Part shown: positions 30,384-40,955 of the stretch, in pieces
How positions within the stretch are numbered: the first letter of the stretch is position 1
How the letters are laid out: every line of letters begins with the position of its first letter
Assembly: GCA_965601925.1 (NCBI GenBank)
Contig: OZ271854.1
Coordinates: forward strand, 3,936,001 to 4,000,000
Length of the DNA stretch: 64,000 bases
Source: Alkalispirochaeta sp.
GTDB taxonomy: Bacteria > Spirochaetota > Spirochaetia > DSM-27196 > Alkalispirochaetaceae
Direction of reading: 5' to 3'
The notes under the pieces: generated by a model
Seen by the model: the letters and a program-made list of their open reading frames with translations, nothing else
Database searches by the model: none
What the model was told of the DNA's origin: nothing
Translations under genes and position numbers: made by a program

Positions 30384-31886
30384 ATGGAAACGATTCAACT
30401 ATTGACGGAGGGCCTCAGCGTCGCGGCTCACCCGATCAATCTCATGTGGGTTACGATCGGGGGTATATTGGGGACCCTCATCGGTATGTTACCCGGCCTC
30501 GGACCGGCGACCGGTGTGGCGGTACTTCTTCCCATGACCTTCGTGCTCGGCCCGCAGGCGTCGTTGATCACTATGGCCGGGGTCTACTACGGCGCCATGT
30601 ACGGCGGGTCGCGCTCCTCGATCCTCATTAACACGCCCGGCGCCGGTGCGGCGGTCGCCGCAACCTTCGACGGATATCCGATGACCCTCAAGGGGCGCGC
30701 CGAAGCCGCTCTCGCGATCTCCGCAATCGCATCGTTTATCGGCGGCATCATCGCAACGGTGATTATGGTCGCCGTCGCGCTACCGGTCGCCCGATTCGCC
30801 CTACACTTCGGTCCGGCGGAGTACTTCATGCTCTTCGTCTTTGCCCTGTCGGCCACCGCATCGATGAGCAAGGGGGACACGATCAAGGGCTTCATCGCCA
30901 CTACCCTGGGACTCATGATCTCTTCGATCGGGATTGACGGGCAGTCGGGAGTCAAGCGATTCACCTTCGGAGTATTGGAGTTGGAGGCGGGCATCGACTT
31001 TCTCGTCGTGATTATCGCGGTGTACGCCTTGGGCGAAGTCTTTAAGAGCTTTCAGGGCATCGCCGAAGGTACCAAGAAGGCGCAAACGAAGTTCGGGCGT
31101 ATCTGGATCACTCGCGAGGATTGGCGTCGGTCGGTGTGGCCCATTCTGCGATCCGCTCCGTTCGGATTCTTCATCGGCGCTCTGCCGGGCGCCGGGGGTA
31201 CGATGGCGGCGCTCCTCTCCTACAGCAATGAGCGACAGATTTCCAAGCACCCCGAGGAGTTCGGCGAGGGCGCGATTGAGGGAGTCGCGGCGCCCGAATC
31301 GGCCAACAACGCCGCATCGGTCGGTGCCATGATACCGATGCTCACCCTCGGTATTCCCGGCTCCGGCACGACCGCGGTCATGATGGGGGCGCTCCTCATG
31401 CTCGGTTTGCAACCCGGTCCGATGCTCTTCGAGCAACAGTCGGCGATCGTATGGACGCTTATCGCCAGTATGTTCTTCGGGAATATCATTTTGGCCTTTG
31501 TAAACATACCGATGGCCGGCGCACTGGTACGCGTATTGGCGGTGCCTCCGAAGATTCTCTATCCCATCGTGATGGGGCTCGCGTTTGTCGGTACGTACGC
31601 GATCAGCTACAGTATCGTCGATTTCTATCTGTTGATTATTTTCGGTATTCTCGGATTCTTCATGGCGAAGGCGAAGATACCGACTACACCGCTTATACTG
31701 GCGGTGATCGTGGGTAATAACATGGAACAGTCGTTTCGGCGGGCGTATACGATCGCCAACGGCGACCTCGCCATCTTTTTCGGCTCCCCTCTTGCCGTCG
31801 TGCTCTTCGCCTTGACGCTGCTGTCGATCTTCGGGCCGATGATAACCCATGTCATTCGTACGCGAGCGAAGGCCCAAACGGCGTAA
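30384..31886 (+). CDS. tctA: tripartite tricarboxylate transporter large membrane subunit
   Basis: GMLPGLG, YYGAMYGGS, APESANNA, LTLGIPGS. Confidence 0.95.
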   Translation: METIQLLTEGLSVAAHPINLMWVTIGGILGTLIGMLPGLGPATGVAVLLPMTFVLGPQASLITMAGVYYGAMYGGSRSSILINTPGAGAAVAATFDGYPMTLKGRAEAALAISAIASFIGGIIATVIMVAVALPVARFALHFGPAEYFMLFVFALSATASMSKGDTIKGFIATTLGLMISSIGIDGQSGVKRFTFGVLELEAGIDFLVVIIAVYALGEVFKSFQGIAEGTKKAQTKFGRIWITREDWRRSVWPILRSAPFGFFIGALPGAGGTMAALLSYSNERQISKHPEEFGEGAIEGVAAPESANNAASVGAMIPMLTLGIPGSGTTAVMMGALLMLGLQPGPMLFEQQSAIVWTLIASMFFGNIILAFVNIPMAGALVRVLAVPPKILYPIVMGLAFVGTYAISYSIVDFYLLIIFGILGFFMAKAKIPTTPLILAVIVGNNMEQSFRRAYTIANGDLAIFFGSPLAVVLFALTLLSIFGPMITHVIRTRAKAQTA

Positions 31887-32781
31887 CGCTCGCGCATGCG
31901 CGACGACGCGTCGCACGGCACCGTCACCGGCGACCGTCGGTGATCTGGCGCATCGTGCCATGCTCGCCGAGTTGGAGGTCACACCCAAACCGGGTCTTGT
32001 CGATCGGCGAGACCCGGGATCGCACCGCGACATGGGGTTCGATACCTTCGAGTCGAGTATTAGAGCCGTTCATCCGTTTCTGGTCCGCGTCGCCGAGCGC
32101 GCCCACCGCGCTGCGGACGAGCCCGAAACCTTAGCCGCGACGCGTCGTATCGGCCTGGGAGCCGAGCGCGCGATGTTTGCGGCGACCGGCGGTGTCAACA
32201 CCCACAAGGGGCAGATTTTCGTCATGGTGACGCTCACGACCGCCGTATTGTGCGGCACCGTCTCCGCTCTTCACGCGTCGTCGATTACCGAGCGATGGCG
32301 TGCCGCGACGCGTCGTCTTACCTCCGGCATCGTGGAGCGCGAGCTCGTCGGACTGAACACGAGCGATGCACCGCTGTCGCACGGGGAGCGGCTATACCGT
32401 ACCCACGGCGTAACCGGTATTCGGGGCGAGGCCCAAACGGGATTTCCGGCGATTTTCGAGGTCGGTCTGCCGGCGTATCGCTCCGCTATGAGGGACGGTT
32501 GCTCATCGAACGATGCCGCAGTTCATGCGTTGCTCGCAATCATGACCGTCGCGGAAGACACGACCGTCGTCCACCGCGGTGGACCGGCGGCGCTGGGGTA
32601 CGTGCGAACGGCGGCGCACGAGGCGCTCGCCCTCGGCGGCGGTCGCACCTCCGAGGGACTGGCGTATGTTGAGGCGATGAACGCCGCCTTTATCGAGCGC
32701 GGCATCAGTCCCGGGGGGTGCGCCGACCTTTTGGCCGGTACGATCTTCGTACATACAACGGTAAAAGCGAATGCCACCTAA
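31849..32781 (+). CDS. citG: triphosphoribosyl-dephospho-CoA synthase (start uncertain)
   Basis: TPKPGLVD, GVNTHKG, GIRGEA, SPGGCADL. Confidence 0.92.
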   Translation: MSFVRERRPKRRNARACATTRRTAPSPATVGDLAHRAMLAELEVTPKPGLVDRRDPGSHRDMGFDTFESSIRAVHPFLVRVAERAHRAADEPETLAATRRIGLGAERAMFAATGGVNTHKGQIFVMVTLTTAVLCGTVSALHASSITERWRAATRRLTSGIVERELVGLNTSDAPLSHGERLYRTHGVTGIRGEAQTGFPAIFEVGLPAYRSAMRDGCSSNDAAVHALLAIMTVAEDTTVVHRGGPAALGYVRTAAHEALALGGGRTSEGLAYVEAMNAAFIERGISPGGCADLLAGTIFVHTTVKANAT

Positions 32782-33334
32782 GGCGTCCGATATACCGTTC
32801 GCGATTCTCGGGGCACGCGAGGAGCGTGGTCGGCACACCCGCCGCTTTATAATGCGCCTTCGCCGCCCGACAATCGTGTTGTCGGTCAATGTCCCCGGGC
32901 CGGACAAAAACGAACCGTGGGTAGCCGGTGTGCTGAGGCGGGGACGGCGTGCCGTCGGTGCCGAACTTGAAGCGTGTGGATGGATTGTACAGGAGGCGGA
33001 GGCGTACGACTCCGCGGCGGGGCCGGAATGGCGTGCGGCGATCGCCGGCACGGAGGATATCGAGCGGGGCGCGAACCGTTGTGCTGAGGTCCGCTCGATA
33101 CCATCCGGGATCGAGCTCAAACGCATGGCGGTCCGTATCGAGGAGACGCATCCGATCGGGCGTCTTCTCGATATCGACGTATTCGACCGCGATCGTACGC
33201 CGATAGGACGATCTGCGTTAGGACTGCCGCCGCGACGGTGCTTGGTCTGCGGAAACGCCGCTCACGAGTGTGCACGTAGTAGACGACACGCTCCGTCCGA
33301 GTTACGGGCGAGGATCGCGGCGTTGTTGGGATAA
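32771..33334 (+). CDS. citX: apo-citrate lyase phosphoribosyl-dephospho-CoA transferase
   Basis: AREER, NVPGPDK, IEETHPIGRLLDIDV, RRCLVC...CARSRRH. Confidence 0.92.
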   Translation: MPPKASDIPFAILGAREERGRHTRRFIMRLRRPTIVLSVNVPGPDKNEPWVAGVLRRGRRAVGAELEACGWIVQEAEAYDSAAGPEWRAAIAGTEDIERGANRCAEVRSIPSGIELKRMAVRIEETHPIGRLLDIDVFDRDRTPIGRSALGLPPRRCLVCGNAAHECARSRRHAPSELRARIAALLG

Positions 33335-33346
33335 CGCCGTTCGTTT

Positions 33347-33370
33347 GCGGTCCGTCTCGCAACGGGCCGC
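33347..33370. terminator. hairpin between convergent citX and carB
   Basis: GCGGTCCGT/ACGGGCCGC stem, 6-nt loop. Confidence 0.45.
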
Positions 33371-33384
33371 GACCGGCGAACGTC

Positions 33385-36300
33385 TTACGGCAACGCCCGG
33401 GCCACCGTTTCACCGCGACGCAAATGGCGAATCGCCTCCACCGCCGCCCGCGCCACCGAGGTGGTCGTCGTATAGGGAATGCGGTGCCGTAGCGCCTCGA
33501 CGCGTAGGTATCCGTCGTCGCTCTGCGTATACCGTCCCAAGGGAGTGTTGATCATCATATCGATGCGTCCCGAGCGAATATGGTCGATGACGTGGGGGTG
33601 CCCCTCGTGAACCTTCAAGATAACCTCGGCCATGATGCCGCGTTCAAAGAGAAAGGCCGCGGTACCGCGTGTGGCGGCGATCGAGAAGCCCATCGCCATC
33701 AAGTCTTTCACGACCGGCAGAATCGTCTCCTTGTCGTAGTCGTTTACCGCGACGAATACGCGTCCCTCGTGGGGTAGTCGGGTGCCGGTCGCGATCGACG
33801 CCTTGGCGAAGGCTTCGCCGAAGTCCTCGCCGATACCGATCGCCTCGCCGGTGGAACGCATCTCGGGTCCCAAAAGCGGATCGTGACCGGCAAAGCGATC
33901 GAAACTGAACATCGCCTCCTTCACGGCCCACCCGACGGCGCACTTCCCGATGCCGACGCCCGTTCCGTCCGACGGTACCAGCCCTTGCGTCACGAGGTCG
34001 GTACCGGCCCACACGCCGACCGCCGCCGCCACCAGGTCTACGCCCGACGTTTTTGAGAGAAACGGCACGGTTCGCGACGCGCGGGGATTGACCTCTAAGA
34101 CGTACAACGCTCCCTCTTTGACGGCGTATTGAATGTTCACAAATCCTCGTACGCCGATTTCACGCGCGATCGCCGCCGTCGCGCGCACCATCTCGGCCTC
34201 CAACGCGCCGTCTTCCTTGAACGGCGGAAACACACACGCCGAGTCGCCGGAGTGCACGCCGGCGGCCTCAATGTGCTGCATGATGCCACCGATGTATACG
34301 TTTATCCCGTCGGCGACGGCGTCTACGTCGTACTCGAACGCGTCTTCGAGAAACTGATCGACCAGCACCGGCCGTTCGGCACTCAAAATCGGCGAACGGG
34401 AGAGGAACTCGTCCAACTCATCACGATTGTAGGCGATCGTCATACTACGCCCGCCCAACACGAACGAAGGACGCAGGAGTACCGGGTATCCGATGTCACG
34501 CGCCGCCTCGCGCACCGCCTCGACGGTGCCCGCCATACGATTGTGGGGTTGACGGAGTCCGAGACGCGCGATGAGGTGGGTGAACTTCTCCCGATCCTCC
34601 GCATCCTGAATGCTTTGTACGCCCGTGCCGACGATCCGAGCGCCGGCCGCCTCGAGCTCGGCCGCCATGTTCAACGGTGTCTGGCCGCCGAGTTGTACCA
34701 CCACGTCACGAAGCCCCTCTTTGCGTATCACTTCACAGACGTCTTCGGCCGTAAGCGGCTCGATGTAGAGACGGTCCGAGACGTTGAAGTCGGTGGAGAC
34801 CGTCTCGGGATTGGAGTTGACCATGACCGTTTGGCGCCCCAAGCGGCGAAATGCGAGCGACGATAAGGTGCAACACGTATCGAACTCGAGCCCCTGTCCG
34901 ATGCGGTTGGGTCCCGATCCGACGATCAGCACGCCCGACTCACCGATCGGCCTCCCCTCGTCGGTCTCGCCCCAGGAGGAGTAAAAGTAGGGAGTCTCGG
35001 CTTCAAACTCTCCGGCGCACGTATCGACGAAGTGGTACACCGCGTTGATGCCGGCCTCTCTTCGTGCATCCCGGATCGTTACGCTTTTTATCGCGGGTCG
35101 ATGCGGTCGGTCGTGTACGGCCCCCTCGTTCAGAAGGCGTGCGATTCGACCGTCGGTAAGGCCGCGTCGCTTCGCTTCCAGGAGGAGCTCCGGCGAAATG
35201 TCTCGACCGTCGTTCTCTGTAGCTACGCTTCGGGAGCGACCCACCTCGCCGATCGTCTCCTCGAGCCGCGCCTGCTCGACAAACTCGTGAAGGAACCAAC
35301 GGTCGTACCCGCTTGCCGCGGCGATCGACTCGACCGCGACATCGACCGCGCCGGTTTGTCCCGACCGCTCGTCGGCGATTGCTCGTCGTATCGTGGTATA
35401 GGCTGCAAACATCCGGCGCGGGTGGAGCGTCTCGACCATCCGCCGTAGTTCCGCCGCATCGACGGAGATCTCCTCCAGACCGTCGAATCCGTACTCGGCG
35501 GCGCGGATCGCCTTGTTTAACGACTCCCCGAAGGTACGCCCAAGAGCGAGGCTCTCGCCGACCGACTTCATCTGCGTGCCCAAACTCGTGTAGCCCTCGG
35601 GAAACTTCTCAAGCTCGAACCGCGGTACCTTTACCGCCACGTAATCGAGGGCCGGCTCAAAGCTCGAGACCGTTTTGCCGGTGATATCGTTAATAACCTC
35701 GTCCAAGGTGTAGCCCACCGCGAGACGCGCCGAGGCGCGGGCGATGGGGAAGCCGGTCGCCTTGCTTGCAAGGGCCGAGCTTCGCGAGACGCGAGGGTTC
35801 ATCTCGATAACGACCATACGACCGTCTTTGGGGTTGAAGGCGAACTGTACATTGGAGCCGCCGCAGTCCACGCCGACGCCGCGGAGGATTTCGATTGAGG
35901 CGCTGCGCATCCGCTGGTACTCGCGATCGCTCAAGGTCTGGATCGGTGCTACGGTGATGCTGTCGCCGGTATGTACGCCCATCGGATCGATATTCTCGAT
36001 CGAACAGACGACCACCGCATTATCCGCACCGTCGCGCATCACCTCGAGTTCAAACTCCTTCCACCCGATCAGACTCTCCTCGATAAGCGCGGTGTGAACG
36101 GGACTCTCCGCCAGCGCGCGTTCGATGGACGAGCGCGCCTCCTCTTCGGTGTAGGCGATGCTGCCGCCCTTGCCGCCCAAGGTATAACTGGGTCGAATGA
36201 TGAGGGGCAATCCGAAGCGACCCTTGACCTCCATCGCCTCGGTGAGGCTTCCCACCAGGGCAGAGCGCGGACTCTCCATGCCGAGTCGGCGGACCAGTTC

Positions 36301-36699
36301 CTTGAACTCGCCGCGATCCTCCGCGAGTCGAATTGATCGGATCGCCGCGCCGATCACCTCGACATCGTAGCGTTCAAAAACACCTGCGGCGTCGAGATCC
36401 ATCGCCAGATTGAGCGCCGTTTGCCCTCCCATCGTCGCGAGAATCGCATCGGGGCGCTCCTTTTGGATGATGTCTTCGATGTAATCGACTTCCAGAGGAT
36501 CCATGTATATCGCGTCCGCGCTACCGGGAGTCGTCATCACCGTCGCCGGATTGGGGTTCACCAGGATAACGCGATACCCCTCCTCTTTGAGGGAGCGCAC
36601 GGCTTGGTTTCCCGAATAGTCGAACTCGCACGCCTGTCCAATCACGATAGGACCGCTGCCGACGAGCAAAATCGAGGAAATATCCGTTCTTCGCGGCAT
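33385..36699 (-). CDS. carB: carbamoyl-phosphate synthase large subunit
   Basis: [50 protein letters not shown]. Confidence 0.97.
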   Translation of the reverse strand: MPRRTDISSILLVGSGPIVIGQACEFDYSGNQAVRSLKEEGYRVILVNPNPATVMTTPGSADAIYMDPLEVDYIEDIIQKERPDAILATMGGQTALNLAMDLDAAGVFERYDVEVIGAAIRSIRLAEDRGEFKELVRRLGMESPRSALVGSLTEAMEVKGRFGLPLIIRPSYTLGGKGGSIAYTEEEARSSIERALAESPVHTALIEESLIGWKEFELEVMRDGADNAVVVCSIENIDPMGVHTGDSITVAPIQTLSDREYQRMRSASIEILRGVGVDCGGSNVQFAFNPKDGRMVVIEMNPRVSRSSALASKATGFPIARASARLAVGYTLDEVINDITGKTVSSFEPALDYVAVKVPRFELEKFPEGYTSLGTQMKSVGESLALGRTFGESLNKAIRAAEYGFDGLEEISVDAAELRRMVETLHPRRMFAAYTTIRRAIADERSGQTGAVDVAVESIAAASGYDRWFLHEFVEQARLEETIGEVGRSRSVATENDGRDISPELLLEAKRRGLTDGRIARLLNEGAVHDRPHRPAIKSVTIRDARREAGINAVYHFVDTCAGEFEAETPYFYSSWGETDEGRPIGESGVLIVGSGPNRIGQGLEFDTCCTLSSLAFRRLGRQTVMVNSNPETVSTDFNVSDRLYIEPLTAEDVCEVIRKEGLRDVVVQLGGQTPLNMAAELEAAGARIVGTGVQSIQDAEDREKFTHLIARLGLRQPHNRMAGTVEAVREAARDIGYPVLLRPSFVLGGRSMTIAYNRDELDEFLSRSPILSAERPVLVDQFLEDAFEYDVDAVADGINVYIGGIMQHIEAAGVHSGDSACVFPPFKEDGALEAEMVRATAAIAREIGVRGFVNIQYAVKEGALYVLEVNPRASRTVPFLSKTSGVDLVAAAVGVWAGTDLVTQGLVPSDGTGVGIGKCAVGWAVKEAMFSFDRFAGHDPLLGPEMRSTGEAIGIGEDFGEAFAKASIATGTRLPHEGRVFVAVNDYDKETILPVVKDLMAMGFSIAATRGTAAFLFERGIMAEVILKVHEGHPHVIDHIRSGRIDMMINTPLGRYTQSDDGYLRVEALRHRIPYTTTTSVARAAVEAIRHLRRGETVARALP

Positions 36700-36700
36700 G

Positions 36701-37969
36701 CTAACGCTCCCTTTCCCGGTTCGAAGATGGTGAGTCCGTCGTCTCCGCCTGCTGCCGCGGCGCATACCCCGGTATCGCATCGAGAAAGGCCTCGAAGATC
36801 CAGCGACTATCGACGGGGCCCGGCGCGCTCTCAGGATGAAACTGCGTTGAGCGAATGCGACGCGTATCGTCCCGTAACCCCTCGATGCTGCCGTCGTTGG
36901 CGTTGCGGAACCATACCGACACTCCGTCCGGAAGGCTCTCCTCATCGACTGAAAAACCGTGGTTCTGACTGGTCACAAAGACGCGCCCGGTGATCTCGTC
37001 GCGTACCGGATGATTCACGCCGTGATGTCCGAACTTCATCTTAAAAGTTTCGCCACCGATCGCCTCGGCGATAATCTGGTGGCCGAGGCAGATACCCAGC
37101 ACCGGGAGGCGACCGATGAGGAGGCGCGTCTGCTCAACCTGGTGTCCGAGAACCGCCGGATCACCGGGTCCGTTGGAAAGCATCACCGCGTCGGGATCGG
37201 TCGCAAGGATCTCATCGGCGGTTGCGGTCGACGGGAGCACGGTGAGGCGACAGTCGAGGGCGCGTAACTCTCTGATGATGTTGGCCTTCGCGCCGCAGTC
37301 GTAGATTGCCACGTGCGGCCCGTCGCCTCCGATGCCTGCGGAGGCGGACCGCGGAACATCGATGGACACGGTCCGACGCGTGCCGACCTCAGAGACCAGG
37401 CCCCTCCCTTCCATGCTGGGAAAGGTGTGCACCGCTTCTACCGCGCGGCGTCGCTCCGCTTCCGTCTCCGTGCGGCATATAACGCCGTTCTGCGTACCGT
37501 TATCTCTCAGGTGGAGCGTCAAAGCGCGCGTATCGACGCCGGTGATGCCCGAGATGCCGGCGGAGGCAAGATAGTCGGAGAGGCGCACTCTTCCCTCGGG
37601 CACCGGACCGCGATACAGACTCCGGACGACGAACCCGGCGACCTTAATCGGACGTCCGATCGTAGAACGGTCCTCCGGAGGAGAACCCCCTTCGGGGCCC
37701 GACTCGGACCAGATCTCTTCAACTCCGTAGTTTCCGATGTGGGGATAGGTCATCGCAACGATCTGGCCGGTATAGGAGGGATCGGTGAGAACCTCCGCAT
37801 ACCCGCTCATCGCGGTGTTGAATACGACTTCACCGACGTGGGCCAATATCGGGCGGCTCGTCGCATTGCGCACGGCCGCCTCAATCGCATCTACGGTACT
37901 GGGTGTCGCACCGAAGGACACTCCGTCAAAACATGTTCCGTCCGAAAGGATCAATACGCAGTTCGACAC
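36701..37969 (-). CDS. carA: carbamoyl-phosphate synthase small subunit
   Basis: GEVVFNT, TDPSY, SNGPGDP, GICLGHQ, QFHPE; RBS GAGGAG. Confidence 0.96.
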   Translation of the reverse strand: MSNCVLILSDGTCFDGVSFGATPSTVDAIEAAVRNATSRPILAHVGEVVFNTAMSGYAEVLTDPSYTGQIVAMTYPHIGNYGVEEIWSESGPEGGSPPEDRSTIGRPIKVAGFVVRSLYRGPVPEGRVRLSDYLASAGISGITGVDTRALTLHLRDNGTQNGVICRTETEAERRRAVEAVHTFPSMEGRGLVSEVGTRRTVSIDVPRSASAGIGGDGPHVAIYDCGAKANIIRELRALDCRLTVLPSTATADEILATDPDAVMLSNGPGDPAVLGHQVEQTRLLIGRLPVLGICLGHQIIAEAIGGETFKMKFGHHGVNHPVRDEITGRVFVTSQNHGFSVDEESLPDGVSVWFRNANDGSIEGLRDDTRRIRSTQFHPESAPGPVDSRWIFEAFLDAIPGYAPRQQAETTDSPSSNRERER

Positions 37970-38150
37970 TAATACTCCTCTCGGGACTGCATTGTGCCCG
38001 GTCGTGGAACGGAAGCACAAGACCTTCTGACCCCTTCACACGGTAACCGACCAAAGTCACCGCCCTCTCTCGACACCGTTGTTGCGTCCATGTAAGAGGA
38101 GCGACGGCAACGAGGCCCGCGAGTGGCGTGTCCGAGTTCGCGCTGCGGCG

Positions 38151-38771
38151 TTAGATGAACGTGAGTTTGATACGAGTCAACAGACGAACGTGATCGAGTT
38201 TCTGAGGCCCGTCCACCTCAACCGTTACGGCTTTGGTCTTGCCCGTCGCCTCGATCTCTTTCCACTGACTCTCGTACTGATCATCGAGACCACTCCGCTC
38301 CAAGAGCGGAATCGCGTTCGCATTGAAGTAAAACGTCGTCTTGAACATATGGTGACAGACGGTTACCCAAACGGCTGTCTTGTTTTTGACGGTGCTTTTG
38401 CCGAGCCAGGTGTTGCCGTCGGTGTAATAGCGCCATTCCAAGGAGATTGGTGGGGTGCATTTGCGGAACTCATCGACCATTCGATCAAGGAGCACTTTGG
38501 CCTCTCCCAGGTGATGCGCCAACACACCGTCGTCGGGGTACGTGTCTGGGTCACCGAGAACCGTCTTTCCCACCGTCCACGGTTGGAAGGTCAGTCCTCG
38601 CTCGGCTAATGCGTCCTTGATGAGCGATACGGCTTTCGGACCTACCCCGCGAAGGCTCCGGACCTGAGCCTCGGAGACGCTCGTAAAGTCTTCCAACTTC
38701 ATGAAGTTGAGCGTCTCTATTCCGCGTTGCGCCGGAGCGGGAAGCTTCGAGAGAAGCGTTGTCAGATCCAT
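38151..38771 (-). CDS. RpoA-CTD-like HhH domain fused to a DUF3788-like domain
   Basis: LPAPAQRG...LRGVGPKA...GLTF then DPDTYPDD...EWRYYTDGNTW...FKTTFYF; RBS GGAGG. Confidence 0.7.
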   Translation of the reverse strand: MDLTTLLSKLPAPAQRGIETLNFMKLEDFTSVSEAQVRSLRGVGPKAVSLIKDALAERGLTFQPWTVGKTVLGDPDTYPDDGVLAHHLGEAKVLLDRMVDEFRKCTPPISLEWRYYTDGNTWLGKSTVKNKTAVWVTVCHHMFKTTFYFNANAIPLLERSGLDDQYESQWKEIEATGKTKAVTVEVDGPQKLDHVRLLTRIKLTFI

Positions 38772-39005
38772 AAGTTCCTCCCGAACGGGCACCACCAGAG
38801 GTGTGCTGAGTCAACGAGTCGTGTGTGCCTGGGTAACTCTCACCCCGTAAACGAATCTCGTCAAGGTAACGAACCGGCGACGTTTTTCCCGAAACGGTTC
38901 CTTGCAAAGTGAAACGTTCGCGTATCCGAAATAGATACATAGATTTCTCGCGTCATTCAGGCCCGCAACGATACCGACTCCGATCAGCAATCTTTTTGCG
39001 GACAC

Positions 39006-39036
39006 AAAAAAACCGACGGAGTGATATCCGTCGGTT
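39006..39036 (-). terminator. Rho-independent terminator of the tRNA pair
   Basis: AACCGACGGA/TCCGTCGGTT stem with T7 run on the minus strand. Confidence 0.85.
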
Positions 39037-39040
39037 ACCG

Positions 39041-39112
39041 TAGCCCGTAGGGGAATCGAACCCCTGTTTTGGGAATGAGAATCCCACGTCCTAGCCGCTA
39101 GACGAACGGGCC
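39041..39112 (-). tRNA. tRNA-Glu (anticodon CTC)
   Basis: cloverleaf GGCCCGT..., anticodon arm TGGGA-TTCTCAT-TCCCA, GGTTCGATT; CCA not encoded. Confidence 0.95.
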
Positions 39113-39129
39113 GATATCATTTGTCATTG

Positions 39130-39201
39130 CTTCCCGGGGAGGACTTGAACCCCCACTGTCAGAGCCAGAATCTGATGTGCTACCAATTACACCACCGGGA
39201 A
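39130..39201 (-). tRNA. tRNA-Gln (anticodon CTG)
   Basis: acceptor TTCCCGG/CCGGGAA, anticodon arm TCAGA-TTCTGGC-TCTGA, GGTTCAAGT. Confidence 0.95.
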
Positions 39202-39221
39202 TCACATGCAAATGTGCTCGA

Positions 39222-39251
39222 ATCTTAGCGTTCTCGTTCCCGATGTGTCAA
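39222..39251 (-). promoter_or_regulatory. sigma70-type promoter of tRNA-Gln/Glu
   Basis: TTGACA-18 nt-TAAGAT, ~20 nt upstream of tRNA-Gln. Confidence 0.7.
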
Positions 39252-39291
39252 GAGTCGACCTGCGGATACGGTGCCGCACAGCGGGCTCCCT

Positions 39292-39825
39292 TTACTCGCT
39301 CGCGTACTCTTGTAGGTAGCGCACATCGCGCCCCCTGAGGCGGGCGGCAAACCCGAGAAACGGAAGGGCGACCACGGCAAATACGCCGGCAACGTGGGCC
39401 CCCGCCTCCTCTATGAGCTCACACGCCGCCTCGACGGTGCCTCCGGTGGCGATAAGGTCATCGATGACGAGAATGTCAGCCCCGGGCGTTACGTCCTCGC
39501 GGTGGACCTCGATGCGATCGGTTCCGTATTCCAACGCGAACTCCCGCCCGATCGTCCGGCCCGGGAGCTTCCCCGCCTTCCGCAAGAGGATAAGCGGTAC
39601 GTTCTGACGGTAGGCGAAGGGTGCGGCAAGCAGAAAGCCGCGCGCCTCGATCGCCGCCACGGCCTGAATGCTACGGTCGGCATAGATATCGACCATGCGA
39701 TCGACGGTGTACGAAAAGGCGTCGGGTTTGGCCAAAAGACTCGTAAGGTCATAAAACAGGATGCCCGGCTTAGGAAAATCGGGAATCTTTCTGATTGCGG
39801 CATCGATCGCATCGTCGGTGACCAT
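39292..39825 (-). CDS. apt: adenine phosphoribosyltransferase
   Basis: IPDFPKPGILFYD, EARGF, RKAGKLP, LEYG, IDDLIATGGT. Confidence 0.96.
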   Translation of the reverse strand: MVTDDAIDAAIRKIPDFPKPGILFYDLTSLLAKPDAFSYTVDRMVDIYADRSIQAVAAIEARGFLLAAPFAYRQNVPLILLRKAGKLPGRTIGREFALEYGTDRIEVHREDVTPGADILVIDDLIATGGTVEAACELIEEAGAHVAGVFAVVALPFLGFAARLRGRDVRYLQEYASE

Positions 39826-39938
39826 GGGCGCAGTATCGGTCGGATGACGCCGCCTCGTCAACGGAGTCGGTGTATCAATGCCGCCCAATGTCACATATTT
39901 GAACAAACTGCGTTCTCGTCCTATAGTAAGACTGGAAC

Positions 39939-40910
39939 ATGCAGTATTTGATTCCCATTGCGAGTGGAAAAGGCGGTGTAGGCAAGTCGATTCTCGCCGC
40001 CAATCTCGGTATCGCCCTTGCCCAACAGCAAAAGACCGTCGTGCTCGTGGACTTGGATCTCGGGGGAAGCAATCTGCACACGATTCTCGGTATTCGAAAC
40101 CGGCACGCCGGGATCGGCCACTTCATCTATCGCCAAGCCGCCGGTCTCGAGGAGTTAGTCGTGGAGACGCCCCAGGAGCGCCTCTTTTTGATCCCCGGCG
40201 ACGGGTTGTTCGCCGGCACGGCCAACCTCCCCTATTGGCGGAAGCTGGCGCTCATGAAGGAGCTCGAACGGCTGACTGCCGACTTCGTGATTCTCGATCT
40301 CGGTTCCGGGAGCGCCTTCAACACATTGGATTTGTTTCTCGTATCGCCGGCGGGGCTCATCGTCACGACGCCCGACACGACGGCGATTCTCAACGCGTAC
40401 TCATTTCTCAAATCGAGCATGTTGCGCCTTCTGCAACGGAGTTTTCCCGGCAAAAGCGAGGAACGTCGGGCGGTGCTCACTTTTATGGAGACGCGCGTCG
40501 AGGGAAGCGATATGTCGATCCGCAACGTACTCGAGGCGATCGCCGCACTGAGCCCGGAGAGCGGCCACCGAGCCGAAGAGGCGCTGGAGGGCTTCCGCCC
40601 CCGTATCGTCATGAATATGGGGCGATCCGCGGAGGATATTAAGCTCGGAACTCGTTTGCGAATGGTAGCGCGGGATAACCTCAAACACGATCTCGAGTTC
40701 GTCGCCTATTTGCCCCAGGACGAGCTTACCTCCCGCAGTCCTCTGGAACGTCGTCCCACTGTGCTCGCCTATCCTCAGAGTCAGTATTCACGAGCCGTCG
40801 CGCAATGCGCCACGAGAATCATCCACGAGCCCATACCGGAACTGTTGAAGCTATTTCCCGACGACGAAGATATCCAGGAGCTTGCCGAGGGGTTTGCCGG
40901 TAGACCGTAG
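39939..40910 (+). CDS. MinD/FlhG-like P-loop ATPase
   Basis: SGKGGVGKS deviant Walker A, DLDLGGSNL, ILDLGSG. Confidence 0.88.
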   Translation: MQYLIPIASGKGGVGKSILAANLGIALAQQQKTVVLVDLDLGGSNLHTILGIRNRHAGIGHFIYRQAAGLEELVVETPQERLFLIPGDGLFAGTANLPYWRKLALMKELERLTADFVILDLGSGSAFNTLDLFLVSPAGLIVTTPDTTAILNAYSFLKSSMLRLLQRSFPGKSEERRAVLTFMETRVEGSDMSIRNVLEAIAALSPESGHRAEEALEGFRPRIVMNMGRSAEDIKLGTRLRMVARDNLKHDLEFVAYLPQDELTSRSPLERRPTVLAYPQSQYSRAVAQCATRIIHEPIPELLKLFPDDEDIQELAEGFAGRP

Positions 40911-40955
40911 GAACCGTAGAGACGCTTCTCGCTCGACCGCTCGTTGCGGTTTGCC

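Noticed and set aside
33385..37969. Short insertions in CarB and CarA relative to familiar sequences
   Set aside because: In-frame loop-like extensions with catalytic motifs intact
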